The position numbers and the translations under genes are program-made. A stretch of 64,000 nucleotides of DNA, from assembly GCF_018977255.1 (NCBI RefSeq), contig NW_024704743.1, forward strand, positions 8,620,001 through 8,684,000, given 5' to 3'. This DNA comes from Callorhinchus milii (lineage: Eukaryota). Below, in pieces: positions 13,758 to 28,274 of the stretch (its first letter is position 1; each line of letters opens with the position of its first letter). The notes beneath the pieces were generated by a model. The model saw only the letters and a list, made by a program, of their open reading frames with translations, was not told the DNA's origin and ran no database searches.

Positions 13758-15544
13758 ACGATGAGTTCAAAGTTCCAATGTACGGCTTTATCCCACAATC
13801 TTCTGACTCAGAGGTAAGAGACCACTAATTAAACCAGCATGCCACCTATGAGGACATTTGGGAAAATCACTGGTTGCAGAACTGCGGTTGTGACTGTTTA
13901 TTCAGCTACCTGGTACAGATTGCATAACACCAACCATTTGTGAGTCAATAACGAGTGAATAAGGTGCCAGTCAGGCCCTCCTTACATTTTCTTCCATTTC
14001 ACTGAATATTAATGCCCTAATTGTTCAATGTTTTTGTCCATGTGAAGTAGAGTGCACATGGTTGAGTTTTAGACTTGCAATTTGAAGCTCATTTTGATAA
14101 CAAAATACGTTTGACACAATAAATAATCCTTATTTATTATGTTGACACAAATCATTAATGTGGTATAATACATCGATCAGTCAGAATCTCTTATGAATCT
14201 CATTATAATGACATTCAATAGAATCGTTCACTATTTTAGTAATCCTCATATGATAGACCCCAATGTTCTTCACCCTCACCCAATCAGATGTTCTTACCTA
14301 GCAGCTCTACCCAATATTATACCTATTTGTTTAGTACTGTACTTCACTGATCTTCAATTGAGAATGCTTGATGATTTCCTCTGGCGTAACCCTGAGATAG
14401 CATTGATTTTTAAAAATATAATAGGCCACAGCAAGCTAGATTTAAACAGCAGCTTTTGTGTAGAAGAAACATCTCCAAGTGCTTTGCAGAATAATAATAA
14501 TAATAATAATAATAATTAGAATGAGAAGAATCAGAAATGAAGTCAATATTAAGGCAAGTGTGGCAGGTAATTTGCACCAGGACTACCCTGCAACCAACAA
14601 TGAAACAATGGTCACTCAATCCATGACTGTTTGTGGGACACTGCTGTGTGCAATTCGCTGCCGAGTTTCTCCCACAAAATATACAGTCAATTCACTTTAC
14701 AGTATTTCTGTGAAGAGTTTTGAGACGTCAATGACGTGATAAGGGGTATATCAAATGAAAGAGGAGTATTATTATTATAAAATACTTTTTACGATGAATA
14801 CGGATCAAAACAACAACTTGCATTTATCAACAAGAATTTAGAAAAAATAACTAGAAAGAATATAAACTAAAGTCACTGAGGGGAAACTACACTTTGCTTT
14901 GAAGTAGAGGCAAACAGACACCTGTCATGATTACCTGAAGCACAACACAGATGAAAACTTGATTAATGACACAATCAAATAACAGATCATCTGAAAATAT
15001 CAATAAACTCCTATTTAATAATAATTATTATAATAATAAAATATGGAATATTGTTACACAAGCAAACACGGCACTCTATTTGCACTTGTAACAGTTCACG
15101 AGTAAGACGAAGACTACTAATGAAAATTAATGCAACTTTTTGGAATGAATTTTGGATGATAGGTAAAAATATTGGCCGGGATATATTACATTGATAGTTA
15201 CAGAGAAGTAAAAAAAAGAAACTCCAAGAATTGAAGAGGGAGAAAAAGACATCAATCTTTTTGGTGACTGAACATTTCCTACACTGTCAAAGGTCTATCA
15301 CTTGTCACTCGTGCCACTCTGTGCACTCAAAGATAATCTGACTCATTCACTGAATGTATCGCCTTGAGACAATTAGAAGTCAATGCTAACCAATAGAATT
15401 CACCAAGAATAACCATCCCGAGCTGGTCACAAAGCAAAAAAATCACAGGGAAAATCTGACACTCAGGGCTTTTTTTGACAAGATGTAAATGTCAGTGAGC
15501 TTTATGAAGGTGAGGGAGGAGGGATCAATTCAATTCTGTCCTCA

Positions 15545-15920
15545 CAGGCGATTTAATAGAGCTGTTCGAAATTATTCAAGGTTTTGATAGAGTAAATAAG
15601 GAGAAGCTGTTTCCACTGGCGGGCAGTAACTAGAGGACACAGATTTAAGATAATCAGCAAAAGAACCAGAGAGGAGATGAGGAGACATTCTTTTATTCAG
15701 CGCGTTGTTGTGATTTGGAATGCACTGCCTGAAAGGGTGGTGGAAACAGATTCAATAATAACTTCTGAAAAGGAATTGGATAGGTAGCTGAAAAGGAAAA
15801 ATCTGCAGGGCTATACGGTAAGAGCAGGGGAATGGAACTAATTGGATAGCTCTTTCAAAGAGTCGGTATAGACACGATGGGCCAAAAGACCTCTGTCTGA
15901 GCTGTAAGATTCTATGATTC
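15545..15920 (+). mobile_element. CR1 3' fragment
   Basis: DLIELFEII...TRGHRFKI...WNALP region followed by an (attctatg)-type tail. Confidence 0.85.
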
Positions 15921-18900
15921 TCACTAGATTTGTCATTGTCTTAGCCTTAAGATGATCTTGAAAATTGAGGTTGTGCAGAATTTTGGAACATTGATGCATT
16001 CAATTTTAGAAGGAATTTGGAAGATGTTTTTCTTCAATTCTTAAAAAAATGCAGAAAATCTGCTTCTAAATTAAAGTATGTTTAGCTACCAAACTCAGTC
16101 CAGAAAAGAGCTGTCTCAAAGCGGATTTTATAGAGTTATAGAAGATTTTAAAACAATACTTTCGGATGCACCAAGATAGCATAACAGAGGACACAGGTTT
16201 AGCGTGGCAAAAGGCAATTTCAGAAAATACACCAGGAAGTATTTCTTTACTCAGATTTACAGGTTACCAGGAAGATGATTGAGGCTAAGACACTGGACCT
16301 ATTTAAGAACCAACTTGATGCTGTAATGGGAGGATGGTAGGGGGATAATTTAGAGATCAAATGGTCAATGGACTTCCTCATCCAAACCTCATGTAATCTT
16401 GAGAACAATTTTTCCCTTTTCCTCAGCCAGGACACCTGAATTTAATTGTAGTGTCCCACATCTGGTCAGCCCAAGTAAGGCTAGGGATTGAATTTGGGAT
16501 TATATGTCTCTAGAATACTGGTGGTACCTTTATCTCCCAAGCCATTAACAACTGCAGGATCAGAAACAGTTATCCCAAGTCTTCATGATCACGGAAAAGC
16601 CATGGATGAAGAAGACTCCTTGGCTCATTTAATTTCATCCTTTCTGAATACCAACTCGATATTGTCTTCCTATTACAGCATCAGGCTCCTTCTAAACAGG
16701 TCCAGGCTCCTGGCATCTACCCTTCCTGGTAGGCCATTCATTATCCTTTGTGTAAAGAAATATTACATGATCTTTCCTAAAATTGCTCTTCACAATGCTG
16801 AACATATAATAATAATCCTTGCATTTGATAGGTACCCTCTGTCCCGCTGCCTCGTCTTATCTGAAAGTAGTCTTTTGGGTTTTCTTTTGAAATTCCATTT
16901 CTGAACCTCTAAAAGGTCCTCTCTGAGATGGTTCATCTTTTACCGAATCAAATCTTAGATATTCATGCAAGAAGTACTTCTTCACACAGACGATTGTGAA
17001 GATGTGGAATGTTCTGCCCAGAAATCTGTAGAAGCAGAATCAATAGTGATGTTTAACACAGAGATAGATGGATAGATACTTGTGCAGTAGAGCAATAAAA
17101 GGGTATGATGAAAAGGTGGGTACTGAGATTAAGTGACAACAACAACTGCATTTATATAGCGCCTCTCACGAAGGGTCGTATCCCAGAGTGCTTAACCTGC
17201 CAACATCTATAAAACTGGTGGAACAGGCTTGAGGGCTGACTGACCTCCTTCTCTGTTTTTCTATGTTTGTAAAATCCGGTCACAGCTTTCTGTAGGTTTT
17301 AAGAATCCACAAATGTAGGTGTGAATTGACAGGGCCTAAAAATGTTACTGCCTGGCTTGTGATTTTTACAGCAGTGCAACAAATCCCCTGGGTTTATAGT
17401 GGAGAAAAGGTCACTGAAGGGATGACATGGAGACATTTATCTAATCAGAGAACCACTAACTCCAGGGCTTTGCGGCTGTGGGTTACAAAGTGAATCTTTA
17501 TCAAGGAAGCATCATCAGAAAGGCACAAAAGGACTGCCCATGATAGCACTGAACATGTTTTGTTCTAATAGATTCATTTTCACTGAGCACACACATTAAT
17601 AATATTTGAAGCATATTGAAGTACAGGAAGTGTTGACAGAATAAAGCCTCCAGCTTTTAAATTGTCTAGTAACATGGAAGCAATTTATCATCGCTGTTAG
17701 GCCTGATGCCAGTTAATAGGGCCAATTACTATATATATGGAAAAAAGGCCTAACTATGATCTAATTTGATGCTCTGAAATCCATACATTACCATCTCTTT
17801 ACTTCTCACTAAATTCCTAGTTATATCCTTGTTCTACTCCACCATATTTCCTTCTTTTTCTTAGGTCACCTGTCTCTGTGTTGGAAACGCATGCGCTCTC
17901 TGAGAGGCTATTTGTTCCTAGGTCTCTGTGGAAGGACTTGGTATATTAAAAGTCCTGGCTTGAGTACAATGCATTCCACCTCACTTACATAGTTAGTAGT
18001 CCTGCCTTCTACCATGGAATTGCAAAAAAAATTTGGTCATCTTTGGAAACGTAAAAAGGACCATTTTCAAACAGGAGGTTGTCTGGGTTATCACTGCCAG
18101 AGCCCAGGTTTGAGCCCAGACTGATGAATGAAAGTCTCCCCTCTCTACAGTGCGACGGTTCTCACCCCTTTTGTATATCCGCAACGTGGATCTTGCCCAC
18201 CCTTGCAGAGTGTACTAAGTGGTTTCTGTGTTAGATCCCTCTCTCTGAGTGCAAGTCCCTATAGTTTAGGTGTGCTTCACTAGTGAGAGTTGCCACGACA
18301 GGTACTACCAATTGCTGTTTATATTACAGCGAATTGGGAAGCTTCCGTCAGCAGTCTATCGCACTAGCAGACCGTGACGTAGGCTCAACCTGTTTATGTA
18401 TCCCCTCCTTCCAGATTGATTACAGAGACTCAAGAAAGCACAGTCAAGAAAACTCAACAGCAATTTATTGCTGTTCCATGAAATGCACAACTCAAAATAT
18501 TAGCAACTTAAACACTTCCCGACTAATCAGATAAAAATACACAAAGAAATAACAAACGCTAAAATCACACTTTAACTAAACACCAGCTAGCAGCCACTCA
18601 ACAAAGAGTTAGTGAAAAGAATGCATGAAAAACTAATTCCTGACCTGAAGGACTACTCCTCAGTCGCAGTCAGGTGTCATCAGGTAAACAGGCCTCACCA
18701 GCACCATGTGCTCACTCTTTAATAAGCATTGAGCCCCTTTCCTAATAAGGACTACCCAATGACAATTTAGTCACACAAATTACTTGATCCAATTAATGCC
18801 TTTTTTTTGGTTCAATGAGATCCACTCACCAACTGCCCAATGGAATAGGTGCATTTTTCAATCCACTGGGATAACAATGTATCATCAGTGCCCCATTTTC

Positions 18901-19399
18901 CACTCCACCCCCCAGGTCTAAACAACCTTTCGTATCCCACCAAATTGTTGCAATTGAGGCTGAGTCTGACATGTTTTATTTCTTAAATAAAAAGCATTTT
19001 AAAAGGAAGTAAATTTATTATAATGCTGTGCATGTGCTAGTTTCACTGAGACTTTGACTTTACATTCGTTATTTTTCCGAACACAGTCATCAAGCTGTCA
19101 ACCTCATACAAGCTGGTTGATGCTTTCAATTCTTACAAAAACACTGCAAACTATTTTTTAACAGAGGATAAATGTATAAAAAACAGGGGTGACTGTAACA
19201 ACAGGCCACAAAGCCTCTATACAAAAGCAGTTTTAGGTTGTCTTAAAAATTGCTCTTAGTAAGTCACTAAACATAAGGTGACCATATTTTGTAACCAAAT
19301 CTGGAGACATATATTAAAAAAAAACTCACCACGATTGCTGATGCTGCCAGTACTGCAGAAGCCTATTGGATTAATGACTGTATTTCTCTGATGAGTGTA

Positions 19400-19660
19400 T
19401 GCAAGCGAGAGACCTGGGTTTGATTCCCCGCAGGGCGAAACCTTTGGCAAGTTTCCTTACTCCACACGTCTGATAATAATCCCTCAAAAAATCCCTTCCA
19501 TCCACGACTGTTTGTGAGACACTGCTGTGTGCAATTGGCTGCTGATTTTCGCCCACAAATATACAGTCAATTCACTTTACAGTCTATTCTGTGAAGTGCT
19601 TTGAGACATCTAGAAGACGTGAAAAAGCACTATTTCAAATGCAAGGATTATTATTATTAT
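19400..19660 (+). mobile_element. tRNA-Ala-family SINE, 5'-truncated
   Basis: gcaagcgagagacctgggtt...aaatgcaagga(tta)n. Confidence 0.85.
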
Positions 19661-20159
19661 GTGTTTTACAATGTTATTGTTCTTGCTCAGTTTGTTGCTG
19701 AACTCAAGGCAGGGCAAATTTGGCCGGAAACACAATATCTCATCCAGGGACTGTCCATGGAAATTAGAGATGTTTGGGTACCTACCTAAAGGACAAACAT
19801 GGCCACAGATTGTGCCCACAACTGCACACAGATTGGCACGAACAGGTTGAAATTCTGATCATCATTATTTGCAGTGCATTTGCCAATGTGTGACTGCACT
19901 GGGGAAATCCCATTCACGTCTGACATTGCCAAAAGTGTTATGCATAATGCCAACCAGAATTTCAGTTCCGGGTTCATATTGGTGCAGTGAGAGGTGATCC
20001 CATGAAGTCATATAAGGGACTCAAATGGTTCCAAATGAGGTTTTGTTCTGGGAACTACAAGTGTGTCACTGCGACATGAGGGAAATCTGCTCTGATGCGA
20101 TCTACATCCAGCATTGAGTTCCTGTATATCAACAGAAATTTACTGGAATTCCTTACTAA

Positions 20160-20648
20160 TAGGCTTGCCAGAGGTAGGGTGGGGTGAGACCATGGAGGGC
20201 TTCATATACCAGGATTTTGAACTGGATCCTCTGAAGGATAGGGAGCCAATGGAGTCGGGTGAGAGAGGACACGAGCTGCAGAGTTCTGCAGCCTGTGGAG
20301 GGAGGAGTTGGGAAGGCCGACAAGCAGGGTGTTTGCATCGTCGAGCCTGGAGGTGATGAAGGCATGAACAAGAGTTTCAGTGGCCTGAGGGGTGAGGTAA
20401 TGGTGGAGTCGGGCGATGTTACGGAGGTGAGGGAAGGCAGAGCGGGTCATGGCTTGAATGTGGGGGAGAAAAGACAGTTTGAGGGTCGAACAAGACACCT
20501 AGGTTCCTGACTGGCTTGGTGAGTTGTAGTGTGCAACCATGGAGGTTGATGCTGCCAGAGTCTGAGGTGCAGAGGCGATGCCAATCAGGAGAGCCTCAGT
20601 CTTGTGCACATTCAACTGTAGGAAATTTGCCCTCATCCAGGACTTGAT
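20160..20648 (-). mobile_element. L2 LINE fragment
   Basis: Minus ORFs with LRNIARL, HAFITSRLD and LHWLPILQRIQFKIL. Confidence 0.85.
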
Positions 20649-21044
20649 TGTGAGTTCAAGTACCAATGTGGGAGTAGTACCACACTTATAATAATCCTGC
20701 CATGTAGCATCTACACAGTTAAGAATGTCTCAAAGTACTTCACAAAGTTTCTGTAGAGTGCAGTGAGTGTGCATTTGTGGCAAATTTGTGCACAACAATG
20801 TTCTACAATCAGCCTCTACATTCTGAACCTGAGATAAGTTCAGAGCCAATCTGACAATTGTGCTTTGAGTACGTATAACAGAGATTTTGCTCAAAAGTTA
20901 CTCTATGCGTGTCCAGAAATCCCAGAGTGGATATATATCAGAAAAGTACTCAATCAACTTTCTCTCACACACAGTTCCAGGCTTCAGCAGCAGCTTAGAC
21001 TGGCAGCTTACTGTTTGGTACTGTTAGGTACCTACATACCTACA

Positions 21045-22233
21045 TCATCCGCAGACATGGGATAAATTCCACATATATGCGGATGACACTCAACTCTATC
21101 TCTCTGCCTCTACCCTGAACTCCAGGACTACTGGCGTCCTGACCGACTGCCTGTCCGACATCAAGTCCTGGACAAGGGGCAACTTTCTCCAACTCAACGT
21201 TAGCAAGACCGAGGCCCTCCTGATTGGCTCGTGCCAGTGCCTCCGCAACTCAGGCACTGGCAGCATCAGCCTCCACGGCTGCTCACTCAACCTCATTAAG
21301 CCAGTCAGGAACCTGGGTGTCTTGTTTGACCCTGAACTGTCCTTTCTCTGAACTGAACTTCCCCTCCCCTCCCTTCCGCCCCCCCCGACCCCAGCTTGGG
21401 TCTGAAATGCTGTACTCTGTCCAACGCCTTGGGACGTCTTCCCGACGTGAAAGGCGCTATATTGTTGTTGTTATTGTTCTCCCCCACATCCGCGCCATGA
21501 CCGGCACTGCCTACCACCACCTCCGCAACATTGCCAGACTCCGCCACTGCCTCATCGCTCAGGCTGCCGAAACCCTCACCCACGCATTCGTCACATCAAA
21601 GCTCGATTACGGAAACTCCCTCCTCATCGGCCTTCCCAACTCTTCCCTTCACAAACTGCAGATCATCCAAAACTCTGCAGCTCATGTACTCTCATGCACC
21701 AGACTCCGTGACCCCATCACTCCCACCCTCGCCCGACTCCACTGGCTCCACATCCCCCAGAGGATCGAGTTCAAGATCCTCGTCCTCACCTTTAAGGCCA
21801 TCCATGGCCTTGGCCCCTCCTACCTCTCTGACCTGCTGACTCCCTACCAACCTGCCCGCTCTCTCAGTTCAGCGGGCAGGTTGGTAGGGAGTCAGCAGGT
21901 CAGAGAGGTAGGAGGGGCTGCTGCATTCTGCTCCATGTCTCCTGCCCGATCGCCCTACCATCGGTGGCCGGGTTTTCAGCCTCTCTGCCCCCACACTCGG
22001 GAACTCCATCCCACGGTCCCTTTACCTCGCTTCCTCCCTTGCCTCCTTCAAGGCCGGGCTCAAGACCCTTCTCTTCGACTGTGCCTTTGGTCGCCCTCCC
22101 ATCTCTCCACCTTCCCTCACCCTTATCCCACCCCTCCCCCATGCTCGGGCCCCAACACCTGACTGTTCAGCGCTTTGGGACGTCCTCCCGAATTGAAAGG
22201 CGCTCTATAAATGTAATTTTATTGTTGTTGTTG
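21045..22233 (+). mobile_element. L2 LINE 3' fragment containing a nested L2 tail and a fold-back inversion
   Basis: YADDTQL at ~21075, HAFVTSKLDYGNSLL, LHWLHIPQRIEFKIL, and an L2 tail ending (ttg)n at ~22233. Confidence 0.9.
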
Positions 22234-25200
22234 TAAGTAGCCAATTGACAATGCAATGTTGAATACAATTCAATATGACAGTTCCACAAGAATAGAAGGT
22301 AGGAACAAGAAAAAAAACCTCAAGACTATTCAGTGTGATTACTCAAATTCATGTTCAGGAGCTGCAAGACCATTTATATGTGCCTCAACCTGATGTCAAG
22401 TTGTCTTCTTAGACTCAGTGTTATTTCCTTTTTGAATATTTAGTACAAGCCTTGATTAATGTCACTGGGTGGCAGTCTTGGCCATGAGTTAACAAGAGTG
22501 AACCGATCGCTCCTCAACATTGCATTTAGTGACTAATTATTTTAGGCATCCTGTCATCTGTGTTTCATTTCCTGATTTTGCAAAAAAAGGAAGGGCCAAG
22601 AGACCTACCCTCTAATCCACTCTATCAAGCTCGGAAAATCTGATGCCCACAACTTTCAGCTTTAAAGCCATTGTCTTAACATTTGATATCGGGTAGAATA
22701 CTCTTAAATTATAGAATTTAAGATTTATGATTCTATAATGGACTCAAACTACAATAATACTTTTGAAGGAATTATTACCCCCAAAAAGGAAACTGCCAAT
22801 CAACTGACAACCGGGTTGCTTCTTACTGTTAAGTATTATTAGTCTCAAAATGCTTCACAAGATTTTACTGTGAACTGTAGGGACTGTGTATTTTCAGCAA
22901 ATATGGCGGGCAATTTGTACACAGCAATGTCTCACAAACAGCCCTGAAGTAAATGACCAATTTTTATCTGGGTGATTGTTGGCCTGGACATTCAGGATTA
23001 ATGTAGAAAGCAAGGTTTCCTCTGTTCAGAAACAGGCTTCCAATTAAATAACATTATCAATTCTCACATCTGGTATAGTGCCTTTCATAGTGGGAGGGTG
23101 TCTCAAAGTGCTTCACAGGATTTACGACAAAGTGTATTTTGTAGAGTCTACAGCCAATTTGTACACAGCAACATCCCACAAACCTACTTGAAGTTAATAA
23201 TAATAATCCTTGAATTTTTCATCAATTTTATCTAATTGTAGTTCAAAGTTCGAATGTAGTATTGTGGACATGTAGGGTTGTGGACCCGAAACATTGACTC
23301 ACTTTCCTTTCTCCATAGATGCTGCCTGACCGGCTGAGTTTTCCCAGCTCTCTCTGGTTTGTTATCTAATTGATTGTTGGCCAGGATACTGGGAAAACCT
23401 CTTTTTGAATAGTGCCATGGGATCTTTATAACATTCACCTGAACAAACACACAGGAACTCAGATTAATTGTCCACTCAAAGGACACCAACTCCGACAATA
23501 AAACACTTCCCATTAGAGTGAGTCAAAACTACATGAGTTCAAAATCCTGACATGGAGCTTGAGCCCACAATGTTCTGACTCCGAGATGAGAGTGCTACCA
23601 ATTGAGCCAGGCTGACACCTAATTAACTCTGAATTGAAGAATTTTAAGCCTTTAGACCCCTGTTTTGTCTCCTTATTTCTTTGTTCACAACAGCAAAAGA
23701 CTGACCTTCTTCAGCCTCTCACCCATTCGATTATCTCAAATTTGGAAATCTTTATTTCTGTTGCTCTTATTTGACTCCTTTATTCTCCCTCTGCATTTTG
23801 TAAATCGATTAACAGAATCTAGGCATATCCTGAACAATTCTCCGTAGACAATAAATATCATATCTTTATCTGGTGGTCTACTGATTTATTCATACATTAA
23901 TGTTCTGTTTGCCTTGGCAACCCCTTCTATATAATATGGTAAAAACGTTTGACATTTGATGATCACACCTAAATCTTCTTCCTGATGCACCTTATGGTGT
24001 ATCCTTCATTCTCTGGGCATATCTGGTAGTTCTATCACCACCGTGCATTACTTTACTGTTTTCAATATGAAATACCATCTGCTCAGGTGCTAGGACTCCC
24101 ATGAACTGGGTGAATCATATCCCTCTCCTGCAAACCTGGTGTCAACCACAGACCCAGGCAGTCTGCAGACAACAGCATGATCAAGATCATTTATAGTCCT
24201 TATGAACAGTGGAGGTCCCAGAACTGACACCAACTGTCCGCATCTGTCTGATTAAAGCATTGGTAACTCATTTCTGTTTTCTGTTACTATATCTGGTTAA
24301 TCATTGTGCAATTTGTAACTTCCTCCTTGATCCCACGTGTGTTCCCTCCACTTTCAGGCCTCTCGTGAGGGATGCTTTCTGAAAGTGTTAATGAAGGCAA
24401 ACAAATTACCATCATTCCCCAGAATCCTCTGATGAATAAAATGGCCTAATGGCCACAAACCCATGCCAGCTCGTGTCTGTTGCCTCCAGTCTTGTTAATT
24501 ATAATAATAAAATAATAATTTGGCAGTCAATTTGTGCAAGAAACAACAGCAACAACAACAGCTTGCATTTAACCAACACCCTTCATGCATTTTGGAGTAC
24601 TTAACAGTGGCAGAGCTTGATGCTGAGCCAGGGAGAGAGGAGAGGTGATGGTCAAAGAGGAGCTCCTTAGGTTTGATCTGAAGATGGACAAGGAGGGGGA
24701 AAAGCCAAGAGATTGTGGCAGAGAGTTCCAGAGTCTCAGGGATTGTGGCTGAAAATGGAGAGGACAAGGGACATGCAGGAGGCCAGAGGGAAAGGGGTGA
24801 GTAGAGAATTGGAGTGTAAGCAGCAATTATCCCACAAACAGCCATGAAATTAATGACTACCTGAATAGACAGATGGGACCTTGGTTTAACGTCTCACCCA
24901 ATGGACAACACCTCCAGCAACGCAGCATACCCCCAACACAGCATTGGAGTATCAGTGTAAATGGCGAGTTTCAAAGTTCCAATGTAGAGCTTGAACCTAG
25001 AGCTTTCATGCAATTACAATGAATTGTGTTTGCCTCCTCAATTATAATAAAGGTTTTAAAAAAATCACGAAAAACTTCTGAGTGTCAATATAGCAAAATT
25101 AAATGGGCCCAAAAAATACATCCCAGAAAATTCAGAGTCTCTACACTTTACAGGAAAGCCTATGAAGCTCTTTGAGACGTCTTGACATGTGAAGGGGCTC

Positions 25201-26824
25201 TGTGAAAATTAAGGATAATTATTATTATTACCTAATTTGGTAATAACAGGAAAGGCATCATATTTCCTTGTGGTCATGAATGGAAGCTCAACGTGGTTTT
25301 ATTTGCTTTGTCAGATTCCTGATTTCCCAGATTCATATCATGATTTTCACACAAGTCTGTTTCCATATCACAGTAACATTCAGCACAGGAACAGGAAATG
25401 GTGAAAACTTCTCTGTACACAGCTGTGCTTTATCAAATTGACCTCTGAAGTGGCCAGGAAGGTCGCGATTCAAAACACTGCTTACAATTTTACAAATTCT
25501 TTTATGATCAAAACTCCTCTTTCTTCATTCGATGATTAAACAATTATTTGAATTGTTAACATGTGGCGCTTACTCTTCAGGTATTCCCATTACCAGAAAT
25601 AGTGGGAAACGGGAAAAGGGAAGGAAATTTCACATTTGACACTTACTTGAATTACTGTGCTGTGAAATATAGAGAAATAGCATTTTGAACACTGGAGCTT
25701 CAGAAGAACTGGGGCAATGTCTATCAATGTTAAATTTATTTTGTGCTAATTTGTGCTAATTATGATACAATCATAGACATAGACATAGACTCAGCACAGA
25801 ACCAGGCTATTCAGCCCATCAAGTCTGAGCTGCAGTTTTTCAACTGAGCTGTGCAGTTGTGCACAGCAATCTGTCCACAAACAGCCACAAAGTGACCAAT
25901 TAATTTTATTTGGGGGACTGTTAGCCGGAACACAGTGAGAAACTCCCTTCTCTTTTCAAATAGGGCTGTGGGATCTTTAATGTCCATCTGACCTTGGTTT
26001 AACATTTCATTTGAAAGACAATGCCTTCAAGAGCTCAGGCATTGAACTAACCTCTTCCTCCTTCCCTCCCTCAGAAACCTCAGAGATTTCAAATAGAATA
26101 GCTGTGGTTGTAATAAGAGAGAAACCCACACATCAGTCTCGGAAAGTGTTCATAGTGCAGACGGCCTTGTTGTAAATGTTACCAGACAATAATAAACTTG
26201 GAGTCTTTCTTCGACATTAACAGTGATCGTGTTAACAAAAATCACTTCCACGTATGAGAATCAAACAAGATTGATTGACAATTGATTCATTAAAGGTTTG
26301 CACTTTTAAGCAGAGCAAAATAATTTACTGTTGTTTTGTCATAATTGATCTGGATGATGTTCTCCGCCCAACGCTTTAGTGGGCGAGTTTTTAGCTATTC
26401 TACCCCAGTTCTCCAGGACTCTGTCCCAGAGTTCCTCTGCTTCCTCCTTCCCGCCTTCAAAACATACCTAAAGATATCTCTTCGAATGCAGATGCCTTTC
26501 ATTCCCCCTCAGCTCGGGCTCTCAGTCACTTGTGTGAAGCCCTTTGAAATGTCCTCTTGATGTGAAATGTGCTCCATAAATGTAAATAGTTGTTCACTAG
26601 ACAAGAGGAGGACACAGCAAGAGATTGGAGGTCAGAGAGAGAGAGAGTGAGGATGTTAACTAGAGAAGCAGAGTAAAAAATAGCTTGATTGCTGACCTGT
26701 ATTTGAATTTTGTTGAGAACTAGACAGAATGTATTTTTTCTTATTTGAAAAAGATATGTTTGTTTCCAATTTTCTGTTCTGCTTTCCTGAAACAAAGTGT
26801 CTCACACTGGGTCAGTTGGCAAAC

Positions 26825-27144
26825 TAATAATAATAATCCTTGCATTTGACATAGCGCTTTTCACGCCTTCTAGACGTCCCAAAGCGCTTCACAGAATATA
26901 CTGTAAAGTGGAGTGACTGTATATTTGTGGGCGAACGCGGCAGCCAATTGCACACAGCAATGTCCCACAAACAGTCATGGATTGAAAAATGAACAATTTA
27001 TTATTGTTTTTGTTTTTTTGGAGGGAGTATTATTAGGCTCTGTGTGGAGTAAGGAAACTTGCCCAAGGTTTCGCCCTCTGCCTGGAATTGAACTCAGGTC
27101 TCTCACTTGCAAAGCGAGTGCTCTAACCACTGAGCTACAGGACT
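26825..27144 (-). mobile_element. Young tRNA-Ala-derived SINE, copy A
   Basis: Full-length copy of the family. Confidence 0.9.
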
Positions 27145-27178
27145 ACAATTCACCCAATATTACAGTTGAGCCTAATGC

Positions 27179-28206
27179 TCTCAGCTATCCTTCCTGACCA
27201 GTTGTTATTTATTCTCTGGGTAAAGATAAAAAAATCACTCCCTGCTGTCTGTCCTAAACCTTTGCAACTCTAAACCTATGTCCTCTTGTTCTCCTGTCTT
27301 AATGTATCCTATAGAACAAAAAGAAAAACATTCACTGCTGTGGTGATGTTTATCAGAAACTGGGTGCAGGCAAGAAAAAACACAAAAGCAACTTTCTTAC
27401 CTTTGTCCTGGGTTTATATTTTTATCCCATTTAAACACCTTTACTGGGTCCCATCTGAGATGTCTTCATGGAATGCTGTAGTTCAGTGGTTAGAATACGA
27501 ATCATGGGATGCCATGTCCCAGGCAGGGCAAAACCTTAAGCAAATTTCCTCACTCCACATGCCTCTGTTTACCGAGTAGTGAGAAGGAACCCAGAAGTTA
27601 GTCGATTGGCAGATCGCTTTTCCGGGGGTAATAATTCCTGCAAAAAAAAAAAAAATTGATTACTTCATTCCATGCCTGTCAGACTAACCCTGTTCTAAGG
27701 GCTACAGGTTTCTTTATAGTGAGTATAGCGCAGGCCTGTTGGCGGTCCACACTGGGTTGGAAGCATGGGGCACCTAACAACCAGAACAACAACTAAGGTT
27801 TATATAGTGCCCTTCATATAGTGTCTCGGAGCACTTAACCCAGCTGCTGGTACCAATTAGCTCTAAACATGGCTGACTCTCAAATTGTCAGATTATCACA
27901 GACATCATTTCCTGTACAAGATGCATATGCATTATGAGGTGGAAGCAATGCTGAAATTACATCCTGCACACGGCACAGTAAAACCCTTTGAACAGCATCG
28001 AGAAGTTTCAATAATAATAATAATCCTTGCATTTGATATAGCGCTTTTCACGTCTTCTAGACGTCCCAAAGCGCTTCACAGAATATACAGCAATGTCCCA
28101 CAGACAGTCATGGATTGAAAATGACCAATTTATTATTGTTTTGGTTTTTTTGGAGGGATTATTATCAGGCGTGTGGAGTAAGGAAACTTGCCCAAGGTTT
28201 CGCCCT
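27179..28206 (+). repeat. Local ~1 kb direct duplication (copy 1; source copy at 30825-~31908)
   Basis: Near-identical sequence; paired ORFs 27286..27579 and 30932..31225 differ by one residue. Confidence 0.95.
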
Positions 28207-28274
28207 CTGCCTGGAATTGAACTCAGGTCTCTCACTTGCAAAGCGAGTGCTCTAACCACTGAGCTACAGGACTA
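28010..28274 (-). mobile_element. tRNA-Ala-derived SINE, chimera of copies A and B
   Basis: Tail side shares B's internal deletion and variants; head side and flank match A. Confidence 0.85.

Noticed and set aside
18290..18945. Possible solo LTR (TG...CA ends, minus-strand AATAAA near 18464)
   Set aside because: No second copy, PBS/PPT or convincing TSD seen; cannot be supported without a database.
27401..27454. 54-nt exon-like segment on the minus strand (ag/ATGGGACC...CAAAG/gtaag), also in the duplicate near 31047-31100
   Set aside because: Strong donor but poor acceptor, no recognisable protein similarity and no partner exons.
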